Source: Histomonas meleagridis 2922-C6/04-290x (taxonomy: Eukaryota > Protista > Parabasalia). Taken from it: a stretch of DNA of 64,000 nucleotides. The DNA lies in assembly GCA_020184695.1 (NCBI GenBank), contig JAANOX010000276.1, positions 155,890 through 219,889 of the forward strand, given 5' to 3'. Made by a program: the position numbers and the translations under genes. Under the pieces are notes generated by a model, which saw nothing but the letters and a program-made list of their open reading frames with translations, made no database searches and was not told the DNA's origin. Each line of letters begins with the position of its first letter. Positions within the stretch are counted from its first letter, which is position 1. Below are positions 34,945 to 46,480 of the stretch, piece by piece.

Positions 34945-36264
34945 TTATCTGATTTCCACTCTTTTAATTTTTGGGTTTCCTTTTATCAAAGGCAGTTTTC
35001 CCATTTTAATTCCATAAATCATTTTTCTGTTTTCTTTAAATTTTTGTTCCTTATTTAGGAACATGTTTTTTCTATTTTTGTTTTGGTAATAATTCAATTT
35101 ATTATTGTTTTGTTCAGAAGATTTTTTTTTATTTGAATCAAACGATTTATTTGGTACCAAAATTTTTGGTAAATTTTCGGATACATTTCTTCTTTGTGTT
35201 ATTTTGATTGGACTCCACCAATCTTGGTCAACGATATCTTTTAATTCAGGTGTTGATACTCTTGAAATATCCTTTTCTGAAAATGGAACATTTTCTTTTA
35301 CATGCATTCTTTGAGAAATTGGTTTAATGTATTCATTTTTATCATCGTATGAAGGATTTGGTAAATTTAAATTTTCAGATATATCTGATAAAGGGATTTT
35401 GATTGGAGATATTAAATGGTATGAGTTACTTTTCTTAACAGGTATTTTAGGTTGGAAATTTTCTAATAGATACTTATGATCTTGAACGCATTTTATGTTC
35501 AGAATTTCTTCGGCGGTTGGACGGTTCAATGGATTCACTTGCAAAAGTCGTTTAAGAATTGAATTGAGGTCCATTGAATATTTTGTTGGAAATTGAAAGC
35601 AACCGCTGCAGATTTTATGTGCAAGTTCATCCGTTGTGAGACCCATAAATGGGAATGAAAACGTCATTAGTTCATACAGAAGAACGCCAAGTGACCATAT
35701 GTCACACTTTTGATCATATGGTTTTTTCTTCCAAACTTCTGGCGCAATATATAATGGAGTACCAACTTGTGTACGTGCAAGTTGACGATTCTGAAGAACA
35801 GTAGAAATGCCTAAATCACCGATTTTGGCTAAATCAGGCGCAGATAACAAAATATTAGCAGATTTAAGATCACGATGAAGAACTCCACATGAATGAAGAA
35901 CACGTAATCCTTCAAGAATTTGAAGAAGAAATCTCCATATGGCTTCCTCTTGTAATGGTTTATTTTTAATTTTTCGTCTAAAAATAAGATTTGATAAGTC
36001 TCCAAGTTGTGCATATTCAGTTATAATACAAATCCTCTTTTTATCACAGAAAGCTTCATGGAATCTTGTGATAAAAGGGGAATCAAAAGAAGCCATAATT
36101 CTTATTTCATTTACTGAATCTTCTATTTCTCTTCTTGATAATTTTGATAAATCGATTACTTTAACAGCATACGTTTGTCCGTCACTTATTCTTGTTGCCT
36201 TATATACTGTTCCATAAGTTCCTTCGCCTAAAACACATTGTTCGACAAAACCCAAAATATTCAT
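34945..36264 (-). CDS. NEK (NIMA-related) Ser/Thr kinase
   Basis: GEGTYGTVY, NEIRIMAS, HRDLKSANILL, KIGDLGIS, VGTPLYIAPEVWKKKPYDQKCDIWSLG. Confidence 0.92.
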   Translation of the reverse strand: MNILGFVEQCVLGEGTYGTVYKATRISDGQTYAVKVIDLSKLSRREIEDSVNEIRIMASFDSPFITRFHEAFCDKKRICIITEYAQLGDLSNLIFRRKIKNKPLQEEAIWRFLLQILEGLRVLHSCGVLHRDLKSANILLSAPDLAKIGDLGISTVLQNRQLARTQVGTPLYIAPEVWKKKPYDQKCDIWSLGVLLYELMTFSFPFMGLTTDELAHKICSGCFQFPTKYSMDLNSILKRLLQVNPLNRPTAEEILNIKCVQDHKYLLENFQPKIPVKKSNSYHLISPIKIPLSDISENLNLPNPSYDDKNEYIKPISQRMHVKENVPFSEKDISRVSTPELKDIVDQDWWSPIKITQRRNVSENLPKILVPNKSFDSNKKKSSEQNNNKLNYYQNKNRKNMFLNKEQKFKENRKMIYGIKMGKLPLIKGNPKIKRVEIR

Positions 36265-36511
36265 ATTGAAATAAACGTACGTTTTTGATGCGGATCGAAA
36301 TTTATTAAACGTACATGATCATCATTCTTCATTTTAAGCCTATGTCAGTAGTACCAATTCCTTTATCATCCTAAACATCACACAAAAACTTTTCTCAAAA
36401 AAATCGATTTCCAAATTTCAATCATCAAATTTACCATTTGAATAAAAACATATTTTTTTATACTCAAAACAAGAAGAAAAAGAAAAAATTAGCGAGTTAA
36501 CTTTAAAAAAG

Positions 36512-37711
36512 TTACTTTTTGTTTTTCATAACTTCGGCAAATGCTGCTTTAAAAGCAGGAACTGCCCTTTCGATGTCTTCTGGTGGCTTGCAGTAAGACA
36601 AACGGAAGAATCCTGGAGCCTTGAAGCCAGATCCAGGAACGATGATTACGAAATGGTCTGCCATCTTGTCGCAGAAATCCCATTCATCGATGCCGTCTGG
36701 AATCTTAGGGAATATATAGAACGTACCTTCTGGTTTGACGTATTTGATTCCGCAATCGTCGAGCATCTTACAAACGATGTCACGAGATTTGTTGTAGAGC
36801 TCGAGATTAGAGATCGCTGGCATTACCTTTGGAATGACACGCATATGAAGACGATTTGCATGAACGAATCCGAGAATTTCATTGGAATGAGCCAAACAAT
36901 GAACAAGGAGTTTGAAGTTCTCAAGGAGAGGGTTCACAATCATACATCCGAATCTTTCACCTGGGATAGAGATATCCTTTGATACTGAATAAGCGATAAT
37001 GCTATGAGGATAAGACTTGAAGATTTTGTGGCAATGAACTCCTGGAGCAACAACACGTGTATATACATCGTCAGAAAGAATATAGATTGGTCTTCCATAT
37101 TCCTTAGATTTCCTCTTAAGAACTTCACACATTGCATCGACACATTCTTGTGTGTATACAATACCTGTTGGGTTCTGTGGTGAGTTAATAATAACACATC
37201 TTGTTAATGGTGTGATGTATTGTTCAAGGCGTTCTGCATTAATCTGCCAGCCTTCCTCGAATGTTGTTGGAACATCAACTACAGTTCCGTGGAAGTTTTC
37301 CACATAGAATGGATACTCAAGGAAATAAGGAGCAACACAACATACTTCATCACCAGGACTCAAAATAGTTCGAAGAACAACATTCATAGCTCCTGCACAT
37401 CCAGATGTTAAAATAATATTCTCTGGGCCGATTTCTACATCTTGGATTTTGGAAAACATTTCCGCAAATACTTTACGACATGCTAAATCACCCATTGTCG
37501 ATGAGTAACCATGGCAAAGGGGAACTTCCTCATTTGCGATTTCGATAAGAGCTTTATAATATTCGGGTGGTGGTGGAATCCTTGGATTTCCTAACGAGAA
37601 ATTATGAACGGCATCTGCACCATACTTTTCGGCAAGTGCATCTGCTTTGTCCGACATCTTTCGAATCATCGAACCACGTGTGGAAACTTTCAACATATAA
37701 GGAGACAACAT
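36512..37711 (-). CDS. PLP-dependent class I/II aminotransferase of prokaryotic type (aspartate aminotransferase-like)
   Basis: NFSLGNP, INSPQNPTG, SDDVY, SVSKDISIPGERFG (PLP lysine), EGTFYIF, PGSGF..FRLSY. Confidence 0.9.
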   Translation of the reverse strand: MLSPYMLKVSTRGSMIRKMSDKADALAEKYGADAVHNFSLGNPRIPPPPEYYKALIEIANEEVPLCHGYSSTMGDLACRKVFAEMFSKIQDVEIGPENIILTSGCAGAMNVVLRTILSPGDEVCCVAPYFLEYPFYVENFHGTVVDVPTTFEEGWQINAERLEQYITPLTRCVIINSPQNPTGIVYTQECVDAMCEVLKRKSKEYGRPIYILSDDVYTRVVAPGVHCHKIFKSYPHSIIAYSVSKDISIPGERFGCMIVNPLLENFKLLVHCLAHSNEILGFVHANRLHMRVIPKVMPAISNLELYNKSRDIVCKMLDDCGIKYVKPEGTFYIFPKIPDGIDEWDFCDKMADHFVIIVPGSGFKAPGFFRLSYCKPPEDIERAVPAFKAAFAEVMKNKK

Positions 37712-38304
37712 CCTTGAAGAGTGAAGTGAAAACCTCCGGATTTCAATCAAATCAAAACGATCAACAAAAACTATAGAAAAACGTTAACAAACTTTTATGA
37801 CATGTATTGAAATAAACGGTTTGTCTAAAACTGTTTTTTTGTCGTTGTGCGTTGAAATATGTTCACAAAAAAAAACGTCTGCTATATGCGGGTATACCCA
37901 TTTGTGTTTCTCAACTTGTATTATTTTCTTAAATCTTTAATTGAGAGAACTTTCAACATAGTGACATTACCATTAGCTTTTTTTCGTGTGAAGAACGGCT
38001 TCATGTTTATTGAATTTATGTATTGGTTGTACCAATTTACGGAAATGGAAATTAAAAAAAATTACGTGTTTTAATTTATACATAGAAAACCAAGAAAAAG
38101 GTATGTTTTTTTGTAAAATCAAAGTTCTAAAGAAAGCCTTGAAGTATGTTAATGTTAATGTAAAAAAAAATCCAAACAAAAATTTCTGAGAAAAAGTAAT
38201 ACTTAACTATTGATTCCATTGTATTTCCAATATCAAAAAGTATAATATTTGGTTTATTAATTTTTAGGAAGTTATGTTTTTTATATGTTTGAGTACTTAA
38301 CTCA

Positions 38305-39255
38305 TTTAGTGACTTGCATGTCTTTGGGGTTATTATAATTTTCCTTGGGAGATTTTAATTCATGTTGATTATGAAATTTTATTTTTTTTCTTGTTACTAT
38401 CACTAAATCTTCATAATATCTTAAATATATTTCTATAAAAAAAGATCCGTCAGCTGTAGTTATATTCAATGGGTTATAAGATTCAAAAATATTCATGAAA
38501 ATTGGGTTTTGTATAATGAGACACATTATTAAACAGGAATTATTAAAAAAAGATGTGTTTTGCTTAAATTTCCGGGTAATCATGATTTTGGTATCGCTGA
38601 TGATGATTCACCACGAATTATTATAAATACTTTTTTCATAATAATAACTCACCGAATTCTGGTACAAATTATATGATTGTAATTATTTTCATTTCCTGGA
38701 GAACATTTTCCTTATTTAACAAGGACCTTTTGGTTCTATTCCAATTTTGAGGCAATCAGATGTTGACAAACTTCAAGACAGCTTTATGAATGATTCAATA
38801 AATATTATAATTTCACATTTCCCTGCAACGAATGGCGAAAGTTTTAAATCGATAATTCGTAAATCGGATATTTTTTTTTATCATGACATACACATAAAAC
38901 ATTTAAAACTTATTATACGGTGATAAATTAACAATTACTTCGACTTGTTATAAACAAACAGTCGGAATTATAACTGTTGAAAAAGGAGCAATTGTATATA
39001 ATGAATTTAATCCATTTGATAATAATACTATTGCTATATCTTATCATGCGCCTTTGAAGCAAGTTAGCAAATATCAAATATGAAAATAATTTCCCTATTA
39101 GAATAATTGAATTTTCTAAACAGGAATTAAATTTAACATTAAAAATTGATGGTAAAAAAATTGGTCAAATACCAATGGTTAAATGGTTTAAAGAAAATGT
39201 TAAACTTTATTCATTAAATGTTACTGTAAAAGATGGAAAACATACACTAAAATAG
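38305..39255 (+). pseudogene. Decayed calcineurin-like metallophosphoesterase
   Basis: Motifs appear in canonical order across broken frames: SDLH (38308-38319), DPSAVVI, PGNHD (38572-38586), ISHFP, LS*HTH (Gly>TGA at 38884). Confidence 0.65.
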
Positions 39256-39693
39256 AAGGCAATTCGACAAAAGAAATCGAATTTTTTGTAGGACAAAGAT
39301 TGCCAATTTTTGTAGAAATGATACAAAATGCAAATACAAAAGATTTTCTTGTTGCATTTTGCTTTTGTCTTTTTAAATTAATAAAAAAGATTATCACTGT
39401 TTTTAAATTAATTCCATTTAAAAAAACTTAATGAATTCATTATATGTTTTATTGTGGAAGTGTTTCATAGAATTGATCCCTAATGTTTATGTAAATATAT
39501 TTTTGTAGGAAAAGATTTTTTTATATATAAATGAAAACCGCCATTTCTTGAAAAGATATTTTTGGCTGAAATGTTATCTCTAATTATTTTTAAAAAGTGT
39601 GTAGTTCGGTTTGTAATGAAATTCCACTTTTTTGTGAAATATATATTTTAAACGGTCTTGATAACGCACGTTAAGGAACAACCAATACAAAAA

Positions 39694-41190
39694 ATGAACT
39701 CGAACCATTGTATCTCAATCAACGAAAAATATTTTATATATGTCGAAGGGCTCACATGCCATCTTTTTGAATTATGCATTGACGACATTGAAGATAATGA
39801 AGTAAAAACGAATTTAATTCGTGAGATTAATCTCCATAACAATGATCCAAGTTCAATAAGATACCACGGTTCATCACTTTTAAAATGTGCTCCAGAAAAT
39901 GCAAAAATCCGAGACATTCAAATTAGCATTGGAGAAACTCAAAATCAAAATATTTCGATCATTTTTGATTTGACAATAGGTGAAAAAAAGTCAAGTGAAA
40001 CACAAGTTCTATATGTTTATTCAGCTGTTTATTTTTTGAGATATCTTGGTTTTGGATTTTTACTATCTGACTCAACACCTTCATATCAGTTTAAAACAAT
40101 TAAGTTAGGTCAGAACGTTCACACCGTAAAATGGTCCCCATATTCTCCTTATGTGCTTTCATTTTCCCAGGATACATCGAATAATCATTCACTTTCTTTA
40201 TACTTTATTCAAGAAGAACGAGAAATTAAGCTTATTGATGATTGCAATCATCATGATGAAATTCCATTTTGTTGGGGTGATCCAGAGAACATATGGCTCA
40301 AGTTTTCATTGACATATTTAGATAAAGATAATTACATTATATGTTATCATATTCCACAATCGCACAAGTTTACTACGTATGAAAAAGTTGCACTATCTTC
40401 GACATTATCGGAAAAATCGTCGAAATTATTATCAAAATCAATTCGTGACAATAACATTGAGCAATGCAAAATCACAATAGATATGAGCGAGACTACAATA
40501 AAAAATCTTTTTTCAAAAGAATCCAGAAGCATTTTCTGGTTAGGAACAGAATTTTATGTATGCCAAAATCTGAAAGGATTACAATCTTTCCGATTTCCAG
40601 AAATTCATAATTGGAAAATTGACCGCGTATCTGCAGACAACATTTCCTTTTTCACGAAGACCAAAACATATAAACCAATTCACGTCAAACCGACAAATAA
40701 TGAAAAGTCGATACATAACGTTCGATTCATTCAGTGCAATAACCGCTACTTTTTTTACAACGACGAAAAAAAGTCGACCGTTTATGAATTTGATGGATCG
40801 ACTTTACATGTATCGGCGAATATCAATGGACTTGTGAATAACTTTATCGGAATGATCCCATCTATGAATTTGATTGTGGTTAACATTGATAATAGCATAA
40901 GGTTTTGTTTGTTTAGTCATGGTGTTGTTGCTGAGTTATGTCGAATAAATGGAGAAAAAGCATATGCAGAAATAACACCAAAAGACATTTGCAGCTGCGA
41001 TCAAAGGATTCAGAAAATAATTGATAAAAGAGAAGAATTAAGAGAAAGGCAAAACCAATTACTAATGCAAAAAGAAAGTATCAAAGAGTTTTACATGGAC
41101 TTGAAAAAGGAAATCCCCGAATTGGATGAGCAAATTCATAATACAATAGATAATATTAATAAAGTTTTGGAAAATGAAGAAAATAAATAA
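39694..41190 (+). CDS. Hypothetical beta-rich protein with a C-terminal coiled coil, possibly Nup82/Nup88-like
   Basis: A 498-aa ORF. VKWSP..VL and FCWG....W.KFSLTYL...YIICYHIP resemble Nup82/88 propeller motifs, and it has a terminal coiled coil. The family call is tentative. Confidence 0.5.
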   Translation: MNSNHCISINEKYFIYVEGLTCHLFELCIDDIEDNEVKTNLIREINLHNNDPSSIRYHGSSLLKCAPENAKIRDIQISIGETQNQNISIIFDLTIGEKKSSETQVLYVYSAVYFLRYLGFGFLLSDSTPSYQFKTIKLGQNVHTVKWSPYSPYVLSFSQDTSNNHSLSLYFIQEEREIKLIDDCNHHDEIPFCWGDPENIWLKFSLTYLDKDNYIICYHIPQSHKFTTYEKVALSSTLSEKSSKLLSKSIRDNNIEQCKITIDMSETTIKNLFSKESRSIFWLGTEFYVCQNLKGLQSFRFPEIHNWKIDRVSADNISFFTKTKTYKPIHVKPTNNEKSIHNVRFIQCNNRYFFYNDEKKSTVYEFDGSTLHVSANINGLVNNFIGMIPSMNLIVVNIDNSIRFCLFSHGVVAELCRINGEKAYAEITPKDICSCDQRIQKIIDKREELRERQNQLLMQKESIKEFYMDLKKEIPELDEQIHNTIDNINKVLENEENK

Positions 41191-41329
41191 AATTTATCAA
41201 TAAAAGAAAAAATATTTTTTTATGTTTAATAATTTACATTTCGAAATGTTGTGCATCCATAGATATAAACAATAGGAAAAATACAGATTTCATATGAAAA
41301 TTCTTTAGGTGCTATTCTTGATTTAAAAT

Positions 41330-41990
41330 TGAAATTTCTCTTTGTGATTTAAATAATTTAAATATTTAGAAAATACAACATTTGGAATGTTATTTGAAAA
41401 TATAAAATTTTATATTTAAAGTAAATGTTAAGTATAGACATTTGTAAATATACAAATATATTCATATTTAATGTGCATATATAATGAACATTTCCCTCTC
41501 GTTTTTTGAGGTTTACTGTGAAAATTTGTTTAAAGCATACTTTTTTCCAAGCATACTTTTAATTTCATAAACATAATGAAAGATATCATTTAGATGAAAC
41601 TCAATAGCTGTTTCATAAGCATTTTTAAATGATGAATGATTTTGTTCACACAAATGAATAATTTCTTCATTTCCGCCTGCAATTGCATATTTAAATTTGA
41701 CTGCAGAAAAAAATGATGCATAATCAATTAATGAAACAATATCTTGATTAATAAATTAACATCTTTTGTAAAGTAATGGTTCAACTCTTTGGGAAAATTA
41801 TAATCATTATGTGATGATATTTATTGCATTCTTTTTATTGTATTATTTCGAATTATTTTTGTAATTTTATTTGGATTTACACCTTATTTAACATAATTCA
41901 TATGAATTTCACAATCGTTCTGTTTGATATCAATTATTAATATGTCTTGAAAATTTAACATTATTTAAAGCTGCTGTATAAACACTTCCA
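41330..41990 (-). pseudogene. Decayed DUF3447-ankyrin fragment with an insert-like remnant
   Basis: Reads VEPLLYKRC*FINQDIVSLIDYASF..KYAIAGGNEEIIHLCEQNHSSFKNAYETAIEFH. An insert-like AATTTTATATTTTCAAATAACATT...ATTTAAATTATTTAAA lies near 41345-41410. Confidence 0.75.
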
Positions 41991-42094
41991 TTAAGATTAG
42001 CATAATTATTTAAGTTAAAGTATACTCATTGTGCACAATGCAAAATGTAATTCCATGGAGAGTCGACCGTTTAAAAATTTTTGTTTGCACACAG

Positions 42095-42457
42095 ATGGAG
42101 GAAACGACAAATTTCCTTAAGACACATGAAAATGACATATTGCCACAGCAAGCAGCAGCTTTTCCACTATCAATTGTACAATTAAAATATAATTTTGGAT
42201 TAGATATTAAAGAAATTATCCAATTAGAATCAAAGTTTAAAGTAATTTCTGGTATAATGGATAATAGCGAAGCTGTGTTTTTGCCTTTGTACCATGAATA
42301 CTTTGTTGAAAGAAAAATAATTTTGGATTTCATTAAACAATTCCAAGCGAAAAAATCATATTTAGCACTTGTTGGCGCAGATGGAAGTACTGTTCTTTAT
42401 AAAGTTTCGGAAATGGATTTTAGTAGTTTGAAAATTGATGATGAATCTCCACAATAG
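42095..42457 (+). CDS. tRNA-splicing endonuclease subunit Sen15-like
   Basis: The C-terminal SYLALVGADGSTVLYKV matches the Sen15 I.LAiv..DsT.vYYk pattern. Length about 120 aa. Confidence 0.55.
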   Translation: MEETTNFLKTHENDILPQQAAAFPLSIVQLKYNFGLDIKEIIQLESKFKVISGIMDNSEAVFLPLYHEYFVERKIILDFIKQFQAKKSYLALVGADGSTVLYKVSEMDFSSLKIDDESPQ

Positions 42458-42611
42458 AAATATGTTTGCTATTTCATTTTAAGATAACCAGAACCACAAA
42501 ACAACCAACACAACAATTTTATGTTTTTTGCCTATTTTTAAATAAAACCTAAATTAAGATTCTGTTTTTTTTAAAGATAAAATGATTAATAATAATAATA
42601 TTTTATTCACT

Positions 42612-43268
42612 TTAGTGGTATCTATGCTTTCTTCTCCTGTGATGTTTAACAGATACATCTTCATTAACGATAGAAGATTGAATGGATGGTGTAGAAGGTG
42701 TAGAAATATTAACAGTAATTTTTCGTTGGTCAATCTCAGTGCCATCAAGTGCCTCAACAGCATTACCTGCATCATCGATATTTTTGAATTCGATAAATGC
42801 GATCCCTCTTGGTTGATCATCTTTTAGCGGAATTCTTATTTTTGTAATTTCTCCATATTTGCCGAATATTTTTCTGAGTTGTTCTTCTGTTGTTTGGTGT
42901 GAAAGATTTCCAACAAAAACAAGATTGAGGCGAATTTGTCCATCATCCAGTTCTTCATCTGAAACATCATCAAGGGTGACTTTACTTGGTTCTTCTTTTG
43001 GTTCAGGTTTAGGTTTCGGTACCCAATTAGACATTGATACTTTTATTATTCTGTCATCGAGATTTGTTTCATCAAGCTTGTTAATAGCTTCCATTGCACT
43101 GTTTTCATCTTGAAATTCAATAAATGCAAAACCTCTAGAATGATTGGTTTTTGTTTGTGGAATTGTAATTGATAAAATATTTCCAAACTGAGAAAAAACA
43201 CTTCTTAGTTTGTCTTCGTTTGTTGAAAAGTTGAGGTTCCCAACATGAACCTTAAATGAAGTGCTCAT
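42612..43268 (-). CDS. Two-RRM RNA-binding protein
   Basis: VHVGNL..RGFAFIEF and VFVGNL..RGIAFIEF, an acidic linker and a basic tail. Confidence 0.9.
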   Translation of the reverse strand: MSTSFKVHVGNLNFSTNEDKLRSVFSQFGNILSITIPQTKTNHSRGFAFIEFQDENSAMEAINKLDETNLDDRIIKVSMSNWVPKPKPEPKEEPSKVTLDDVSDEELDDGQIRLNLVFVGNLSHQTTEEQLRKIFGKYGEITKIRIPLKDDQPRGIAFIEFKNIDDAGNAVEALDGTEIDQRKITVNISTPSTPSIQSSIVNEDVSVKHHRRRKHRYH

Positions 43269-43290
43269 CAATCTGCATGACCAATCCTTA

Positions 43291-43300
43291 TGGGCACCCC
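43291..43300 (-). promoter_or_regulatory. GGGGTGCCCA box 22 nt upstream of the RRM gene ATG
   Basis: An identical 10-mer occurs at 63961-63970 (+), 21 nt before an ATG. It is GC-rich in very AT-rich intergenic DNA. Confidence 0.35.
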
Positions 43301-43679
43301 GACAATTACTTTTTATGTAGTTTACAAGTCATTGTAATTTCATTAAATTTCTGTAGTAAATAATCGTTTGAAGGGTATACCCTAAAATTTTATATTTTTT
43401 TTTTCCAATTTTCATGTTAATGAAATGATTTTTACATAATTATCAATATAGAAAAATGCTTTTAATTTAAGGAAGCTTTTAATTTTTCACAAAGTTTCTC
43501 TTGAATTGCTACTAAAATGTAGTGATTATTATGAATTTAAATCTTTATTTTGATTATTTAAAAAAAATTATTCATGCAAGGGCACAGCACTAAGAAGGGT
43601 GAAAAACAATTTTATTCAGTTATTTGAATTTTTTTAAAAAAATTAATTATTAAAATGTTCATATTGTGGTGACTTTTAT

Positions 43680-43997
43680 TTAATCAAAGAGGTCATCAAA
43701 TCCACCCATCATTTCAACAACTTCTTCTTCTTCCTTCTTCTTTTCTTCTTCTTTCTTTTCCTCAGTAGCAGCAGCAGAGGCGCCTCCAGCTGGAGCAGCA
43801 CCACCAAGAGCGGTGCCCTTTACAAGTTCAGAGATATCATGGTTCTTGAAGTATTCAGCAAAAAGATCAACCCAGTATGATTCAAGTTTGACACCAGCTG
43901 CTGAGATGAGCTTGTTGATCTTGTCGGATGTGATTTCGATTCCATCGTCGTTGAGGATGAGAGCTGCATATACAACTGCGAGTTCTGGTGATGCCAT
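43680..43997 (-). CDS. RPLP1: 60S acidic ribosomal protein P1
   Basis: ELAVVYAALILNDDGIEITSDKI..AAGV..YW, an Ala hinge, and EEEE..MGGFDDLFD. CCTTT lies at 44010-44006 on the minus strand. Confidence 0.95.
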   Translation of the reverse strand: MASPELAVVYAALILNDDGIEITSDKINKLISAAGVKLESYWVDLFAEYFKNHDISELVKGTALGGAAPAGGASAAATEEKKEEEKKKEEEEVVEMMGGFDDLFD

Positions 43998-44725
43998 GTT
44001 TGAAAAAAGGCATGACCAAAACCGTCGTAAATGGAGGTTTTTAAACGGCCGTTTTTGAGAAAGGAAACAAACTCGTTTTAAAAATAAAGAACTAATTTAA
44101 ATGGAAAATAAATGAGTTAAATGTATAATAAACCATGAGTGTTTCGAAAATAAAGTATTTTTTCTTATACAGGATTTTTTTCTTTTAAACATTCCAATCT
44201 TTTTTGACTAAATTTAATAAAACTTTTTCCTTAAAATATTGAAACATAAAAATTGAAGCTTCAAAGTTTTTTAAGATCAAAATAATCAAAAAAAATTTTT
44301 TTTTTGATTAAATCTTTGGTATGATCACAGAAAAATTTTTATAAAATGAATAATTATGGAGTAGAGAGCTTGAATATATCATAAATCATTCATAAATAGA
44401 ATTTTTATCAAGTTACATTAAGATATTTAGTACAAATAAAAATTAAATCAGCCAATTATAACTTTTTCAGTGTCATATCGATGACCAAACGATAAGATCA
44501 ATCGTAGAAACCGTTTAAAAAACACCACTTAAGAACGATACATAAACACGAATCATTATTATGCACATACTACTTACGAAAGCATATAAAAAGATTAGCT
44601 TATGAAAAAAGGAATATGAGAACATGATCGAAAAACCCTTTTTGCGCATGAAACTGATCATTAGCAGTTTGCCAACCATGGTTGGAATAACCTCCGAATT
44701 TGATACAAACCGTTCTCTATTTTTA

Positions 44726-46036
44726 ATGGGACTCATAAAGTACTTCTTTTGCATCAATTCACGCGGTAATCCAATTGTTATCCGTGCATTTCTCACTGAA
44801 CCTGTTCATAGCGTTGTAGAGACGTTCTATGCTAAAATAGCTTCCACTAATCCACCTCCAGCAGTATTTCGCTGTGATAATATGAACTTTGCATATATCA
44901 ACCAAGCCGAACTTTACTTTGTCATTGTTACAGAAGAGTCAATGTCACCATCTCTTTTGCTAGAACTTCTTTCTCGCATTGTATCCGTTATTTCAGATTA
45001 TGCTGGCCGCTGTACCGAGCTTATTATGCAGCAAAACCTTGGCTTGGTTTATGAAATTATAGATGAAGTTTTATCCTTTGGTTGTCCTCAAGCCACAGAT
45101 TCATCAAATTTGCTCCATCTTGTTCATAACACAGTTAAATATGATAAAGGTCTTAACCTCGGTGGCGTTGTCATCATGGGTCCCTTTGAATCCCAAGACT
45201 TTGATCGACCACTTGCATTATCTGTTGATCAAAGAAGCCTCTCTGCAAACGAAGTGTTCTTCATTCTTGACGAGAAAATCGAAGTTCAGCTTAATGTCAA
45301 CAATCAACCCATCCGATCTACAATCACCGGAGTTGGAACAATTAAGTCTTTCCTTCAAGGCCAACCCTCAATTCTTATTCAGTTTGATCCTCAGATGACA
45401 GTTTCCACACGTTCCATTCCTCAGAATCTTTTATTGAAATATGATGATATCGTATTTGCTCCATTTGTTCAATCCCAATCATTTGATAGTGATAGGTCAA
45501 TTACATTTGCACCACCAGAAGGCGAATCCACCATCTTTAGATATCGTACATCACGACCATTTGATCCACCATTTACAATCACACCGGCATTCGAAAATAA
45601 GCAGACCAAAGCTGTTGTTCTTAGGCTTTCCATCCGATCCCATTACGACCCAGAGAGTCCTCCACCCGAAGTTAAAGTCATTTTCCAATGTCCTGTTGAA
45701 ATATCTAATGCATCATGCGAACTCCCACCAGTTGTAGCTGCTACACAAAGTAGTGAGTATAACCCTAAGACTAGACAGGTCATATGGACAATCCAGAAGT
45801 TTACTGGTCTTCAAGAATTCTCTGGAAGATTCCGTTTCATCTTCGATAATGGAATCCCTTGCGCAGCTGAGAACATATTAGGCCCAATATCATTAGAATT
45901 TTCACGTACTGGAAGCTTGCCAAGCGGTTTGACTATCAAGAATTATGTGGTTTCTACATCGGGATCTTCTACACCACCAAAGAGATGGATTAAGGAAATT
46001 AGCTCTGCAACGTGCTATACATTTAATTTCATTTAA
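44726..46036 (+). CDS. Adaptor protein complex medium (mu) subunit, possibly AP-4 mu
   Basis: Longin N-terminus (FFCINSRG..LVYEIIDEVLSFGCPQATD) and an MHD (NEVFFILDE, ITFAPPEGESTIFRYR, VIWTIQKF). Confidence 0.88.
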   Translation: MGLIKYFFCINSRGNPIVIRAFLTEPVHSVVETFYAKIASTNPPPAVFRCDNMNFAYINQAELYFVIVTEESMSPSLLLELLSRIVSVISDYAGRCTELIMQQNLGLVYEIIDEVLSFGCPQATDSSNLLHLVHNTVKYDKGLNLGGVVIMGPFESQDFDRPLALSVDQRSLSANEVFFILDEKIEVQLNVNNQPIRSTITGVGTIKSFLQGQPSILIQFDPQMTVSTRSIPQNLLLKYDDIVFAPFVQSQSFDSDRSITFAPPEGESTIFRYRTSRPFDPPFTITPAFENKQTKAVVLRLSIRSHYDPESPPPEVKVIFQCPVEISNASCELPPVVAATQSSEYNPKTRQVIWTIQKFTGLQEFSGRFRFIFDNGIPCAAENILGPISLEFSRTGSLPSGLTIKNYVVSTSGSSTPPKRWIKEISSATCYTFNFI

Positions 46037-46480
46037 ACAATTGATGCAAAAGAACTGTTTTTTCACAGCAATGACCACCATTTTTCAAGGTTTGAAAATG
46101 ATCGTTTTAAACGGTCGAGATGACCACTCAAAAATTTCGAAGTTTGACAAAACTTTTCATTCAATTGAATTTAATCGAAAAAGTTCTATCGCACTTTTTA
46201 TTTATAAGTATGAGATCCAAATGAAATATGTTGTGCATTCATCTTATTATATTATTTTCTCATTTATTGTGAATAATTTGCTCAATATTTGTTTTTCAAA
46301 GTAAAAACCAATTGACAGTATAAGTGAATAAATAACAATTTCCATCTTTTTTAACATCTATATTTGGCAACTATTGGATTAGAGTATCCTTAAATATTTA
46401 TCTTTCATTCCATGAAAGATAAGTTCTTAAGATAAAATTTAATCAACCAAAAAAATTTTATTAAAATTAAACAATTATGC

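Noticed and set aside
37890-43382. Two GGGTATACCC palindromes (about 37891 and 43373) as transposon TIRs
   Set aside because: There is no extended inverted similarity, TSD or transposase, and ordinary genes lie between them.
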